Shown: positions 8,003 to 17,220 of the stretch, piece after piece
How the letters are laid out: each line of letters begins with the position of its first letter
Numbering within the stretch: the stretch's first letter is position 1
Assembly (NCBI GenBank): GCA_030156385.1
Contig: JASGMR010000003.1
Span: 250-64,249, forward strand
DNA length: 64,000 nt
Origin: Kosmotogales bacterium
Lineage (GTDB): Bacteria; Thermotogota; Thermotogae; Petrotogales; Kosmotogaceae
Direction: 5' to 3'
Made by a program: the position numbers and the translations under genes
The notes under the pieces: model-generated
What the model was told of the DNA's origin: nothing
Database searches by the model: none
What the model saw: the letters and a program-made list of their open reading frames with translations, nothing else

Positions 8003-9019
8003 TTATGAAACTTGCGGAAAAAGAAGTTTCACACCAAACCCCTGACCTGATGTTGAGATTGGTTCGATATTAACATCGATGGATAGTGCTTCGGCATATT
8101 TTTTTACAAGATATAATCCCATTCCGGTTGCACCCTGTCGATCCGGATGATTTCCGGTAAACCCTTTGTCAAATAGGAAAGGTACATCTTCCGGTGGAAC
8201 ACCTTTGCCATTATCCCTGATAGCAAGATGTATTCTGCCATTTTCCTGAGTGTCCGACCAACTTACGATACTAACAATACCGTTATCAGATGCAGTATAC
8301 TTAAAGGCATTGCTGAATAGTTGAGAGAGCATGAAAGTAAGAACCTTTTTGTCGCTTATAATCTGCAAAGGCAAAAGATTTAACTGCACATCGATTTTCT
8401 TTTCATCAGATATAGCACGAAAATCTTCAAGGCACTCCTGAACGCAGTCGCTCAAATTCATTTTCGCAAAATTATAGTCCACGTGATCGGACTGAAGCCG
8501 GGCATAGAATAAGATACGTTCAACATCACTGTTGATAGTGTGCCGTACGTGATCCATCCGATTATAAACATAAGGTGACATCTCTTCCCTGTGGTTAGCC
8601 AGAAGTAATGTTGTAAGAGAGAGCGGTGTTTTGACTTCGTGTGTCCAGGCTTCGATAAACTCCTGATAGTTTTGCAATTCCAGCCGTTTTTCTTTTATAG
8701 TTTGTGATTGCTCGCAAAGTTGTTGTGATATAGTTTCTATAATAGGGTGCCAGAATTCATCAGTTACTGTCATTAACCGTTGTTTTGCTTTTTCATCCGG
8801 GTCAATAAAAAACGATTGCAGCGCTTCCATCTGTTTTTTTCGCCTTTTTTGATCAATCCAATAGCCAGTAAATACGATAAAGACTGTGAAAAGCAGAATA
8901 ATTATAGCAATACTCCCAAAGGTGCCCGGACCTGTCAACCATACAAGAAAAACAAAAAACAGATCGGTCATAAGCAGCAAGACAAGCCAGTGCCTTTTAA
9001 TTATTTTCTGCTTCTTCAC
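8003..9019 (-). CDS. Intramembrane-sensing histidine kinase, BceS-like
   Basis: Two N-terminal TM helices with almost no external loop. H-box HEVKTPLS, N-box FSNAFKY, G-boxes DNGKGV and GTGMGLYLV. GTGA start/stop overlap with the regulator gene. Confidence 0.85.
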   Translation of the reverse strand: MKKQKIIKRHWLVLLLMTDLFFVFLVWLTGPGTFGSIAIIILLFTVFIVFTGYWIDQKRRKKQMEALQSFFIDPDEKAKQRLMTVTDEFWHPIIETISQQLCEQSQTIKEKRLELQNYQEFIEAWTHEVKTPLSLTTLLLANHREEMSPYVYNRMDHVRHTINSDVERILFYARLQSDHVDYNFAKMNLSDCVQECLEDFRAISDEKKIDVQLNLLPLQIISDKKVLTFMLSQLFSNAFKYTASDNGIVSIVSWSDTQENGRIHLAIRDNGKGVPPEDVPFLFDKGFTGNHPDRQGATGMGLYLVKKYAEALSIDVNIEPISTSGQGFGVKLLFPQVS

Positions 9020-9690
9020 GACTTGCTCATCTCCAAACGATATCCCCGCCCACGCTCGGTTTGTATGATGTTTCTTATCCCGATGGTGTCCAGGCTCTTT
9101 CTCAGTCGTGTCATATTTACTTGAAGGATGTTTTCATCGACATATTCGTTGCCACCCCAAAGTTTAAGGAACAAATCTTGTTTAGAAACGACGGACGGAT
9201 ATCGTTCAAGCAGGATTTGCAGGATTTTTCCTTCTGTATCAGACAGGACAACATGAGCGTTTTTCCAAATAACCTTATAAGTGTCAATATCTAATATAAG
9301 ATCTCCTGTTTGTAGCAGATTCCTTACTTTTACATAAGTTCGGAGCAATCGTTGGGTGCGGGCGATGAGTCGGTCCGGGTGGCAAGGTTTTGTGAGGAAA
9401 TCATCCGCGCCTAGCCCTAATGCGTACAATTCATCCGACAGGGTATCACGTGCGGTTAAAACAAGAATCGGGAAGGAAGCCCTAGATTTCAACCGCTTGC
9501 ACAACTCAAATCCGGATTTACCTGGAAGGTTTATATCCAATACGGCTAAGTCGGGATTATTATCCAGTATTTCTTTCTCGGGTTCATTGAAAGAAGAGAT
9601 ACTCGATACCGAGTATCCCTTCTTCATGAATGTATTGACAAGCTCTTCGCGCAGGTAAACGTCATCTTCTATAACTATGATTTTACTCAA
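9016..9690 (-). CDS. OmpR/PhoB-family response regulator, BceR-like
   Basis: Receiver domain (IEDD, LAVLDINLPG, T..D) plus winged-helix C-terminus (TERGRGYRL). Preferred start is the TTG at 9690, giving a TTGA overlap with the permease stop and AGGGG 8 nt upstream. The ORF track starts at 9696. Confidence 0.85.
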   Translation of the reverse strand: MSKIIVIEDDVYLREELVNTFMKKGYSVSSISSFNEPEKEILDNNPDLAVLDINLPGKSGFELCKRLKSRASFPILVLTARDTLSDELYALGLGADDFLTKPCHPDRLIARTQRLLRTYVKVRNLLQTGDLILDIDTYKVIWKNAHVVLSDTEGKILQILLERYPSVVSKQDLFLKLWGGNEYVDENILQVNMTRLRKSLDTIGIRNIIQTERGRGYRLEMSKS

Positions 9691-11777
9691 AGGCAATTAC
9701 CCCTATCTGTTACCAGAAGCGCCCGTATTTCGTGGCTACTGGCGTGTTCTGCAATGTGAATATAGATAAATTCTATCACAACAAACAGAATGGTGGAAAT
9801 TCCTGAAATCACAATGACTTTAATCGGTGATGTCCCCACCGGTAATTTCAGAAAACTTGTGAACATGGACCATATTGCAAAAAAAGCGCTGCACACTGCT
9901 GCGCCAAGTACCAATGCGAAAAACAGTCTGATTTGAGCTCCTGCAGATCTGCAAAGATCATTAATATTGGCCCCAAGCATGAGCAGTGTGAGATAACGGT
10001 GCTTGCTTTCCTTTTGCTGCATCAAATACTTTAATCCGATTACTGTGTTTGCAATTACCATGAACAGAACACCAAGATAGATCGTCAGGTAGCTTGCGGC
10101 CACTGTATAAAAAAGATTTCTGCCAATGCCGCTTATATAACTTTCGTATTTCAAGCCTGTTCCTTCGAGGTTTTTTTCCATTAATTGAATTGCCTGCATT
10201 AAACCTTTTTCAATTATGACATCCTGTTTCAGCAGAACATTCCAGCAGAGAGGTTTACTGGTGTCGGAAACCCAATTCTGATAATCATCATCCGAAACGA
10301 TCAAAGCACTATAAAGCCTGATCATGCGATCGGCAACTATATTATCATAATAAGCGCCGGGCAACAATTCATACTTCCGGCCGTCGACTTCAACGTAAGT
10401 GCCTGACTTCAATGCGCTATCAAGGATATTAATAAAGTCACTGTTATCCTTCATTGAAGTATACAATGCCACTTGGTCCTTTTCCAGTTGAATTGATTCC
10501 CGGCCAATTGCCTCCAGGAGATTGCTGTAACTCGTTTCTGATATGAGATATGGACCTGAATTATCGGAAAAATTTTCAATCATATTATTTCTCAGATCAG
10601 TTTCAGGCAGTTTTTCAAGCGCAGCACTAAGCCCGGACCAGGAGAAACTGTGAGCATTTAGCTTACTTTCCAGCAACACGCCGGTTCTATCGTATAGATT
10701 TGTTACCATAGAACTCAGAAACATGGGATAGTACACTGAAATCATAGATCTGCTTGCTTCCGAATTCAAAACACTGTGTACTTCCTGTTCGTTTCCGTCA
10801 ATAGAAAAATCCACTGTTCTGACATCCATCGATCCCAGTCCTGAGGTAGTGCCTATACCGTAGGATATACATGCCAGTGACATCAATAAAAGCAAAGAAG
10901 AAACCGCCAGAGTTCTGTGTTGATGAAGCACGTTCTCCTGAATCTGTCGTCCTGTGAAGGTGGACAATCCGGATCGTGTTGAACTTTTGCGCTGAATTCT
11001 ATGCCCGATAAACACCCCCATTCCACGATACAGCAGAAAGGTTCCACTCCCGCCAAAGGCAAGAATGAGCGCAACTACTATGAAATCAAGACTTCTCAAC
11101 ATCGTAACTCCGGCCACATATGCCAGAATCAGAAAAATAAGTCCAAAGACAAAACATAGCCATCCTTTTTTGGTGGAAGTGGAAACTTGTTTTTCGGGGG
11201 AATTCGACCGCAACAGCTCAGCAGGGTCCTTGCAACTGAATATGGTGCTCAAGAACAGCATGGCTATCATTTGCACTGCAATGAACCCGATTATTGTTCC
11301 AAGCACTGCCGATATGGAAAACGAAATTTTATGTCCGATGATTCCCAGTCCGACCAGCTTTGCTGCCGTCAGGCTGACTCCTTCCGTAAGAAGTAAAGCA
11401 ATTGGTAAGCCGAGTAAAATGGATACCATGCTGTTCCAAACGGTCTCGCCCATAAGCATGGCAAAAAACGTACTCTTTTTCATACCAAGCATAAGATATA
11501 ATCCAAATTCTTTTTTACGGTTGTCCAACTGATAACGATATGCAAAGTAAACCAGAAAGAACACAAAGAAAAGAGAAATCATGTAGACGAATGGGATCAA
11601 TAGTATCAGCTTACCGACTGCGTCACTCTCCACTGTTTTCAAAAAGCGCATAACATCCTGAGTATCCAAAGAAAGCAATGTATAAAATGCGACTATCGCT
11701 ATCACGAGGGAACTGAAAAATAAACCGTTGTTTTTTCGGTTTTTTGCTGCGTTACGTCGAACCTGTTTAAAGAACAT
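9687..11777 (-). CDS. BceB-like FtsX-domain ABC permease (10 TM with a large extracytoplasmic domain)
   Basis: About 696 aa. N-terminal 4-TM FtsX unit, a soluble domain of roughly 200 aa, and a C-terminal FtsX unit. Preferred start is the ATG at 11777 with GGAGGTG upstream, overlapping the ATPase gene by 11 nt. Confidence 0.8.
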   Translation of the reverse strand: MFFKQVRRNAAKNRKNNGLFFSSLVIAIVAFYTLLSLDTQDVMRFLKTVESDAVGKLILLIPFVYMISLFFVFFLVYFAYRYQLDNRKKEFGLYLMLGMKKSTFFAMLMGETVWNSMVSILLGLPIALLLTEGVSLTAAKLVGLGIIGHKISFSISAVLGTIIGFIAVQMIAMLFLSTIFSCKDPAELLRSNSPEKQVSTSTKKGWLCFVFGLIFLILAYVAGVTMLRSLDFIVVALILAFGGSGTFLLYRGMGVFIGHRIQRKSSTRSGLSTFTGRQIQENVLHQHRTLAVSSLLLLMSLACISYGIGTTSGLGSMDVRTVDFSIDGNEQEVHSVLNSEASRSMISVYYPMFLSSMVTNLYDRTGVLLESKLNAHSFSWSGLSAALEKLPETDLRNNMIENFSDNSGPYLISETSYSNLLEAIGRESIQLEKDQVALYTSMKDNSDFINILDSALKSGTYVEVDGRKYELLPGAYYDNIVADRMIRLYSALIVSDDDYQNWVSDTSKPLCWNVLLKQDVIIEKGLMQAIQLMEKNLEGTGLKYESYISGIGRNLFYTVAASYLTIYLGVLFMVIANTVIGLKYLMQQKESKHRYLTLLMLGANINDLCRSAGAQIRLFFALVLGAAVCSAFFAIWSMFTSFLKLPVGTSPIKVIVISGISTILFVVIEFIYIHIAEHASSHEIRALLVTDRGNCL

Positions 11778-12546
11778 TCGCACTTCCACCTCCAAGTTGT
11801 GCCACGACTGTCACGATCCGCTCGTAAAAGCTTTCTGTGGTTTCCCTTTCAAAGCTTCTTCTGAGTTCATGGAATAGTCGGCCATCCTGAATAAAAAGGA
11901 TTCGGGAACAGTAACTGGCGGCATTTGCGTCATGTGTGACCATAACAATTGTTTTCTGTTGCTCCTTATTGATGGCAGAAAGCTTGTCCATGAGAATCCT
12001 GGAATTTTTACTGTCAAGTGCGCCTGTCGGTTCATCTGCCAACACAATGCTCGGTTTTGCTATGAGAGCTCTGGCCGCCGCTATCCGCTGTTTTTGCCCG
12101 CCGGACATTTGAGAGGGGAACTTTTCAAGAACATTCGTAATATCCAGACGTTTTGCCAATTCACGAAGTTCCCGTTCAGCCTGCTTACCTGTTACACCGT
12201 GGAGTGATAATGGCAGGATGACATTCTCTCTGGCCGTTAGATTGTCCAGAAGCTCGAATTCCTGAAATAAGTATCCGATTTCTTTGCCTCGATAGTCGGC
12301 CAACTGTGTCCCTTTGAAGGAGGAAGTATCATTACCTTTTAGTAGAATTCTTCCCGAACTCGGTTTAACCATTGTGGCTATACAGTTGAGCAATGTTGTT
12401 TTCCCGGAGCCGCTGGCTCCCATAATTCCAAGGAACTCGCCTTTCAGCACGTCAAAACTGATTCCTCTGAGAGCTTCTGTCTTGTTATCACCCTTACCGT
12501 AGACTTTTGTGATGCTTTCAACTTGTAAAACTCTATTTGAATACAT
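11767..12546 (-). CDS. BceA-like (MacB-type) ABC ATP-binding protein
   Basis: Walker A GASGSGKTT, signature MSGGQKQR, Walker B IVLADEPTGALD. AGGAGG RBS 7 nt upstream. Confidence 0.9.
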   Translation of the reverse strand: MYSNRVLQVESITKVYGKGDNKTEALRGISFDVLKGEFLGIMGASGSGKTTLLNCIATMVKPSSGRILLKGNDTSSFKGTQLADYRGKEIGYLFQEFELLDNLTARENVILPLSLHGVTGKQAERELRELAKRLDITNVLEKFPSQMSGGQKQRIAAARALIAKPSIVLADEPTGALDSKNSRILMDKLSAINKEQQKTIVMVTHDANAASYCSRILFIQDGRLFHELRRSFERETTESFYERIVTVVAQLGGGSANVL

Positions 12547-12573
12547 TTTACGACCTCCTGTTTCCTAATCCTA

Positions 12574-12619
12574 ATTATAGCAAGTACCGCAGAAGAATAA
12601 CACTTACAGTTGTTGTAAG
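12574..12619 (-). promoter_or_regulatory. Activator-dependent promoter of the bceA-like gene with an upstream inverted repeat
   Basis: Minus strand reads CTTACA-acaac-TGTAAG (12619-12603), then a weak -35 and an extended -10 TGcTATAAT (12582-12574). The inverted-repeat centre lies about 40-45 nt upstream of the predicted TSS. Confidence 0.45.
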
Positions 12620-13161
12620 GATGCACTCATGCCATGTTCCTGCATGAGATGGTTAACATTTGTTCGGCCGCGGGGCAAGTAAATTGGATCTTATGTCCGG
12701 GGTGAGCATTACAACGAGTCCGTGGAACTACCACACCATTCTGATCTACCAGCAGCGAAAAAGAATCCGGAGGCTTATCAGACAAAACCTTCCAGACCCC
12801 TGTTTCTGCTCAGCCCAGCCCCAAGGACAGATGCTAGGTATCTCATCTCAGATGAAGCTGTTGATCCTGCTGATCGTATCCGGAAATATCCAGCCAGCAA
12901 GACCGTATCATCCACTCGATTTTCCTTGTGCAGGAGAGGTACCCCATCTGCCAAATTCAACAGATTCTTTGGTTCATATAAGATTGAATGAGATAAAATC
13001 GGATTACATGTAAAATCGCTATAGCGGAAAACAAAACAAAGTAAAGTAAATCAGATTTTTTATATGCTATCAAAGTGCTATCGACCAAGCGGGTGTTGCT
13101 ACGAAAACCATTGTTTTTCCAGCTATAGAGCTGATTTTTCTGGTTTTATTCACAAATTACT

Positions 13162-14673
13162 TTACTCCCATTCAATAGTTGAAGGCGGTTTATCTGTAAT
13201 ATCGTATACCACTCTTCCTATTTCGGAAATTTTTCCCGTTATTCTGGAAGAAGCTTCTCTGAGAACATTATATGGAATTTCGTACCAGGATGCGGTCATT
13301 CCTTCCGCACTGTTGACGGCTCTTAAAGCGGCTACATATCCGTATGATCTCATATCACCCTTTACACCAACCGATTTTACGGGAAGAAGTACTGCGAAGG
13401 ATTGCCATATATCTTTATAAATATTGAATTCTTTTAATGTCTGTCTGTAAATGAAATCAACTTCTTTCAGGATATTTACCTTTCTTTCATCGACTGCACC
13501 GATAATTCTGATGGCGAGACCGGGTCCGGGAAATGGCTGGCGATTGATATATTCCCACGGAATTCCCATTTTTATTCCCAGTTCTCTCACCTCATCTTTA
13601 AATAATTCTCTTAAAGGTTCAATCAATTTTAAATTCATTCTTTCGGGTAACCCACCGACATTGTGATGACTTTTAATTTTATCGGAGGTTTTCGATGAGG
13701 CGGCCGATTCAATGACGTCCGAATAAATCGTTCCCTGAAGAAGATAATCCGAGTCTATTTTTTTTGCTTCCTTTTCAAAAACTTCTATAAATGTTTCGCC
13801 GATAATTTTTCTTTTTTCTTCGGGTTCGGTTATTCCACGCAATCTTTGTAGAAATATTTCGGAAGCGTCGACTTCTATTAAATTTATTCCAAGTTTTCTG
13901 AGATTGCCCGGAACAACATTTTCTTCATTTTTCCTCAACAATCCATGATTAACGAATATACCTATCATATTGTTTCCGATTGCCTTTTTCAATATATATG
14001 CGGCAACTGTGGAATCTACTCCACCCGAAACACCACCGATGACCTTCCTGTTTCCAATTTGTTTTTTTAACTTCTGGATTAATTCTTCAGAGTATTCTCC
14101 AAGGTTCCAGTTTTCTTTTGCTTTACATATTTTAAACAAAAAGTTTTTTATAATATTTAGTCCATATTGGGTATGGTGAACCTCTGGGTGAAATTGAAAT
14201 GCATAAATATTATCTTTTTTCGCGCCTGCGATGATTCCGGATGAGCTTTTTGCTATTTGCGAAAATCCCTCCGGGAGCATCGTTACCGAATCGCCATGAC
14301 TCATCCATGTGATAATATTTTTGGGAATATCATCTAGTACCGGATCGGTATTATCTAACGTTACTTCCATAAGGCCATATTCTCCATGGTCATGTTTTTC
14401 TACTTTTCCGTTGAAATATTTTGAAATGAGTTGAAACCCGTAACAGATAGCGAGTATAGGTAAATTTGAATCTATTATTTTTTGATTTAATTGATAAGCT
14501 TTTTCAGAATATACACTTTGAGGTCCTCCCGATAGTACTATGCCAACTGTATTTTTTGAAATTCTTATATCGTTTGGATGTTGTACTTCACATTTTACTC
14601 CGAGTTCCCTTATTCTTCTCGACAAAAGAAAAGTGTATTGAGAACCGTAATCAACAACTATCATATCTGACAT
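13162..14673 (-). CDS. guaA: GMP synthase (glutamine-hydrolysing)
   Basis: N-terminal GATase domain (CYGFQL), ATP-PPase SGGVDS motif, C-terminal ...PPSTIEWE. GGAGGAG RBS. Confidence 0.95.
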   Translation of the reverse strand: MSDMIVVDYGSQYTFLLSRRIRELGVKCEVQHPNDIRISKNTVGIVLSGGPQSVYSEKAYQLNQKIIDSNLPILAICYGFQLISKYFNGKVEKHDHGEYGLMEVTLDNTDPVLDDIPKNIITWMSHGDSVTMLPEGFSQIAKSSSGIIAGAKKDNIYAFQFHPEVHHTQYGLNIIKNFLFKICKAKENWNLGEYSEELIQKLKKQIGNRKVIGGVSGGVDSTVAAYILKKAIGNNMIGIFVNHGLLRKNEENVVPGNLRKLGINLIEVDASEIFLQRLRGITEPEEKRKIIGETFIEVFEKEAKKIDSDYLLQGTIYSDVIESAASSKTSDKIKSHHNVGGLPERMNLKLIEPLRELFKDEVRELGIKMGIPWEYINRQPFPGPGLAIRIIGAVDERKVNILKEVDFIYRQTLKEFNIYKDIWQSFAVLLPVKSVGVKGDMRSYGYVAALRAVNSAEGMTASWYEIPYNVLREASSRITGKISEIGRVVYDITDKPPSTIEWE

Positions 14674-14683
14674 TAGACTCCTC

Positions 14684-14711
14684 CAAAATAAAAACGGGCA
14701 TTAAGCCCGTT
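14684..14711 (-). terminator. Rho-independent terminator after the bamA-like gene
   Basis: Minus strand reads AACGGGC-ttaat-GCCCGTT followed by TTTTATTTT. Sits between the bamA stop and the guaA RBS. Confidence 0.7.
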
Positions 14712-14730
14712 AAACTAATTTATACTCTTT

Positions 14731-17220
14731 TTATATTCCTGGTCCAAACATGAAGAAAAATTCTCCGAAGTATGAATCCTTCAGTGTTGCATTATAGCTG
14801 TTATATCCGTAGCCTATACCAAACATTCCGACAAAGGGGACACTGAAGTTGGCGGCAATACCCGCATCCCATGTCATATCTTTTCCGATTAAATCCTTCG
14901 ATTCTTTGTTTCTGTAAAAAGCCATATCACCGAAGATCAAAAGATCGATAGGTATGATTTCTTCATTAATTGGATATCTCAACTGTAATGTTCCACCAGT
15001 TACGCCGTAATAGGAATTTTTTTGTACATCTGGATTCACCTTGATTATACCTGATGTAGATAACAGGAAACTATCAAAAATATCTCCGGATTTATTGATT
15101 GGAAATAATTGTTCCGTCTGTAATTTCAGTCCAAAAACCGGATCGCCCAGCGAAACGAAGGTTTTGTATGTAACACCCATATCCAAAAATGCATTGTCAA
15201 ATTTACTGAAAAGTCCTTTGGCGTCGATACTCGGATTCAGATACATTCCTGATGTCGTTCTTGTTAAATCATCCAAAGTATTTAAAGTATAATTTGCCCC
15301 GATTTTGAAGCCTGAAAAATTATCTGCTATCGTTGTGCTTTCAGTAGTTGGTTCTTCATTTTCGATTTGAGTGGTTGTGGAAATCGATGAATTCTTTATG
15401 ATGTAATCATAACCTATGTCAAAACCTACTTTTTGATTCGGACTTAAATTGTAATCGGGTGAAAAGTAAACTCCATATTCCTTTTGCTTTGATTTATCTG
15501 TAACTTTTGTATAGGTCAACTTCGATCCTATCTCTGTTGATGTCTCGGTTGTAATTTCATCTCCATCGAACCTCAAATTAAATCCCGTACTCAGATCAAA
15601 GTTAGATTTGAATATTTTTGGAATACTGTAATCGAAGGTTAAATCTATGAGAGGATCATTTATAGTTGTTTTCGTACTGTCATCCGTTTTATCAATTTTT
15701 GTTTTTGCTTCACCAACGGGGAAATTCAAATACGTGCTGATTGTGAAGGTCTGGCCATAACCCCATGGATTTACGAGGCCAATATCGGCGTTCAAATATA
15801 ATCCATCGTTCCATCCTCCCGCACCCATAAATTTATTCGCAAGAGTTTTATCTTCAATCTGAAAATCTATATTCCAGGAATCGTCCGATACATATTCCGG
15901 TATTGGAATAATTGATTTAAAATAGCTGGTCGTATTTAAATTTCCGTATGAATTCTGTAGTGCTTTGAGTGTGAGTAAATCACCGTTTTTGACTGTGATT
16001 TTGTCTTGAATTAAATAATCCTGAGTTTTCTGATCGCCAACGAAGGAATAACCGACTTCATTTACCTTTGGCTCGTGGATATTGTAAGTTAAAAATCCGA
16101 ATTTCTCATCAAGCTCATATCTTATTGAAACGAATGGGTCATCCGCCTCCTGATAAAGTGAATATATATTTTCGAGTGATTCCGCAATTTTTTCGGAAAA
16201 TACTTCCGTGCCTTCATCAATGTCTATTTCTTTCAATATTTTTGAAGATGGGACCAGAGTATTACCTTCAACAAACAATCCGCTTATCATGGAGGAACCA
16301 GTTAAATATTTGTATGGCAAGAGAGAAACTGTTATAGATTTTGCCTTCAATTTCTCATCTTCCACGACGGTGACCTTAAAAGCATTATTCAACATTTGAG
16401 TGTATGTATTGAATAATTTTTGATATACAGAATCGGACATAAACGCTTTGCCATCAGGATTGAAGTAATAAGTCGAATATATGTTCTGAAGCATCAGCTG
16501 CAAATCTTCAACTGTTGGAACGTACTCTTTTTTCGGATTAATCCATCTTATTATTGCAGGAGTTTCAAAATATTTCTTCAATGTTTTTATTCCGGAGCTT
16601 TCCTTGATTTTTTCGATAGCGGGGCGAGTCAATTCGGTATTGATGACAACATCGTAAAGATAAAACGGTGTTATAGTGAAAATAATTTCGTAGTCTTCAT
16701 TGAATCCATCTTCTAAAAGAATTGCCCTCGAGGGATTCGTGTCCCATGAAATTTCTAAAAAAGGTTCATAATAACCACCTTCAGAAAATTTTTCTTTTAT
16801 AATTTCTAAACTCTCAGGTATAGCATATATTAATTGTGCAGGGTCAAACGGTTTGTCGTTTTCAATGGGAAGAACAAGTTTTTTGAGTTCATTTTTTGAA
16901 AGTAATTCAGGTCCATCATAATTGTATTTTATTTCAATAACGGGGTATTCTTTTACTACAAAAGTTAAAATCCCGTTCTCTTCATCAAAGGAATAGATCA
17001 CCGAATCAAAATATCCTGATTCCATCAACGAAGAAACCGCCAGGTTTATTTGCTCTTCAGAATATTCCACATTCACCTTTATATTCAAAATATCTTTAAT
17101 TTCGTTTGTTTTAAGACTATTATTTCCTTCAATTATTATTTTTTTCGGAATAATACCAAAGGACAATACTGTGATAAATAATAAAAATAAGAACAAAATG
17201 AAAATAAATTTTTTAAACAC
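14731..17220 (-). CDS. bamA: BamA/Omp85-family outer membrane (toga) protein assembly factor
   Basis: 829 aa. Signal/anchor MFKKFIFILFLFLLFITVLSFG, POTRA-like N-terminal repeats, beta-barrel-like C-terminal half ending in aromatic-rich FFFMFGPGI. GTG start with AGGAGGGG RBS. Confidence 0.7.
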   Translation of the reverse strand: MFKKFIFILFLFLLFITVLSFGIIPKKIIIEGNNSLKTNEIKDILNIKVNVEYSEEQINLAVSSLMESGYFDSVIYSFDEENGILTFVVKEYPVIEIKYNYDGPELLSKNELKKLVLPIENDKPFDPAQLIYAIPESLEIIKEKFSEGGYYEPFLEISWDTNPSRAILLEDGFNEDYEIIFTITPFYLYDVVINTELTRPAIEKIKESSGIKTLKKYFETPAIIRWINPKKEYVPTVEDLQLMLQNIYSTYYFNPDGKAFMSDSVYQKLFNTYTQMLNNAFKVTVVEDEKLKAKSITVSLLPYKYLTGSSMISGLFVEGNTLVPSSKILKEIDIDEGTEVFSEKIAESLENIYSLYQEADDPFVSIRYELDEKFGFLTYNIHEPKVNEVGYSFVGDQKTQDYLIQDKITVKNGDLLTLKALQNSYGNLNTTSYFKSIIPIPEYVSDDSWNIDFQIEDKTLANKFMGAGGWNDGLYLNADIGLVNPWGYGQTFTISTYLNFPVGEAKTKIDKTDDSTKTTINDPLIDLTFDYSIPKIFKSNFDLSTGFNLRFDGDEITTETSTEIGSKLTYTKVTDKSKQKEYGVYFSPDYNLSPNQKVGFDIGYDYIIKNSSISTTTQIENEEPTTESTTIADNFSGFKIGANYTLNTLDDLTRTTSGMYLNPSIDAKGLFSKFDNAFLDMGVTYKTFVSLGDPVFGLKLQTEQLFPINKSGDIFDSFLLSTSGIIKVNPDVQKNSYYGVTGGTLQLRYPINEEIIPIDLLIFGDMAFYRNKESKDLIGKDMTWDAGIAANFSVPFVGMFGIGYGYNSYNATLKDSYFGEFFFMFGPGI

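Larger units (their letters stand above)
7560..13161. other. Horizontally acquired compositional island (Bce-type module plus decayed flanks); no mobility genes
   Basis: Hand counts of G+C: 35/60 at 9361-9420 and at 12061-12120, 24/60 at 10861-10920. Host lines give 12/60 at 3181-3240, 17/60 at 20401-20460 and 23/60 at 48001-48060. Arg codons are CGN here (e.g. ERGRGYRL = cgt/cgg/cgt) versus AGA in host genes. Confidence 0.6.

Noticed and set aside
7605-8045. 146-aa plus-strand ORF in the gap upstream of the histidine kinase
   Set aside because: It has no RBS and an unrecognisable, low-complexity product. It overlaps the kinase 3' end by 43 nt and lies antisense to the frameshifted relic. 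Most likely a chance ORF in GC-richer island DNA.
12660-12745. GC-rich stretch checked as tRNA, tmRNA or SRP RNA
   Set aside because: There is no acceptor/T-arm (GTTCxAxTC) pattern, no tmRNA 5' GGGG...3' CCA pairing and no SRP GGAA/AGCA helix-8 motif. I treat it as a decayed island flank.
12800-12910. TPP-riboswitch-like k-mers (CCUG..GAUC..GGAAAUAUCCAGC)
   Set aside because: The invariant CUGAGA element is absent (the sequence reads CUCAGA). The helices do not pair convincingly by eye, and no downstream gene lies on that strand.
13118-13140. Short hairpin CAGCT-ATAG-AGCTG followed by a T-rich run just 3' of guaA
   Set aside because: The stem is only 5 bp. It is oriented as a plus-strand terminator with no plus-strand gene to terminate, and on the guaA strand it lacks a U-tract.
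7100-13200. Direct repeats (att sites) bounding the island
   Set aside because: Only a weak resemblance was found (CCTCAACTACTAT at about 7241 versus the reverse complement of the guaA end, CCTTCAACTATTGA). That is too short and imperfect to call, and it needs a computed repeat search.
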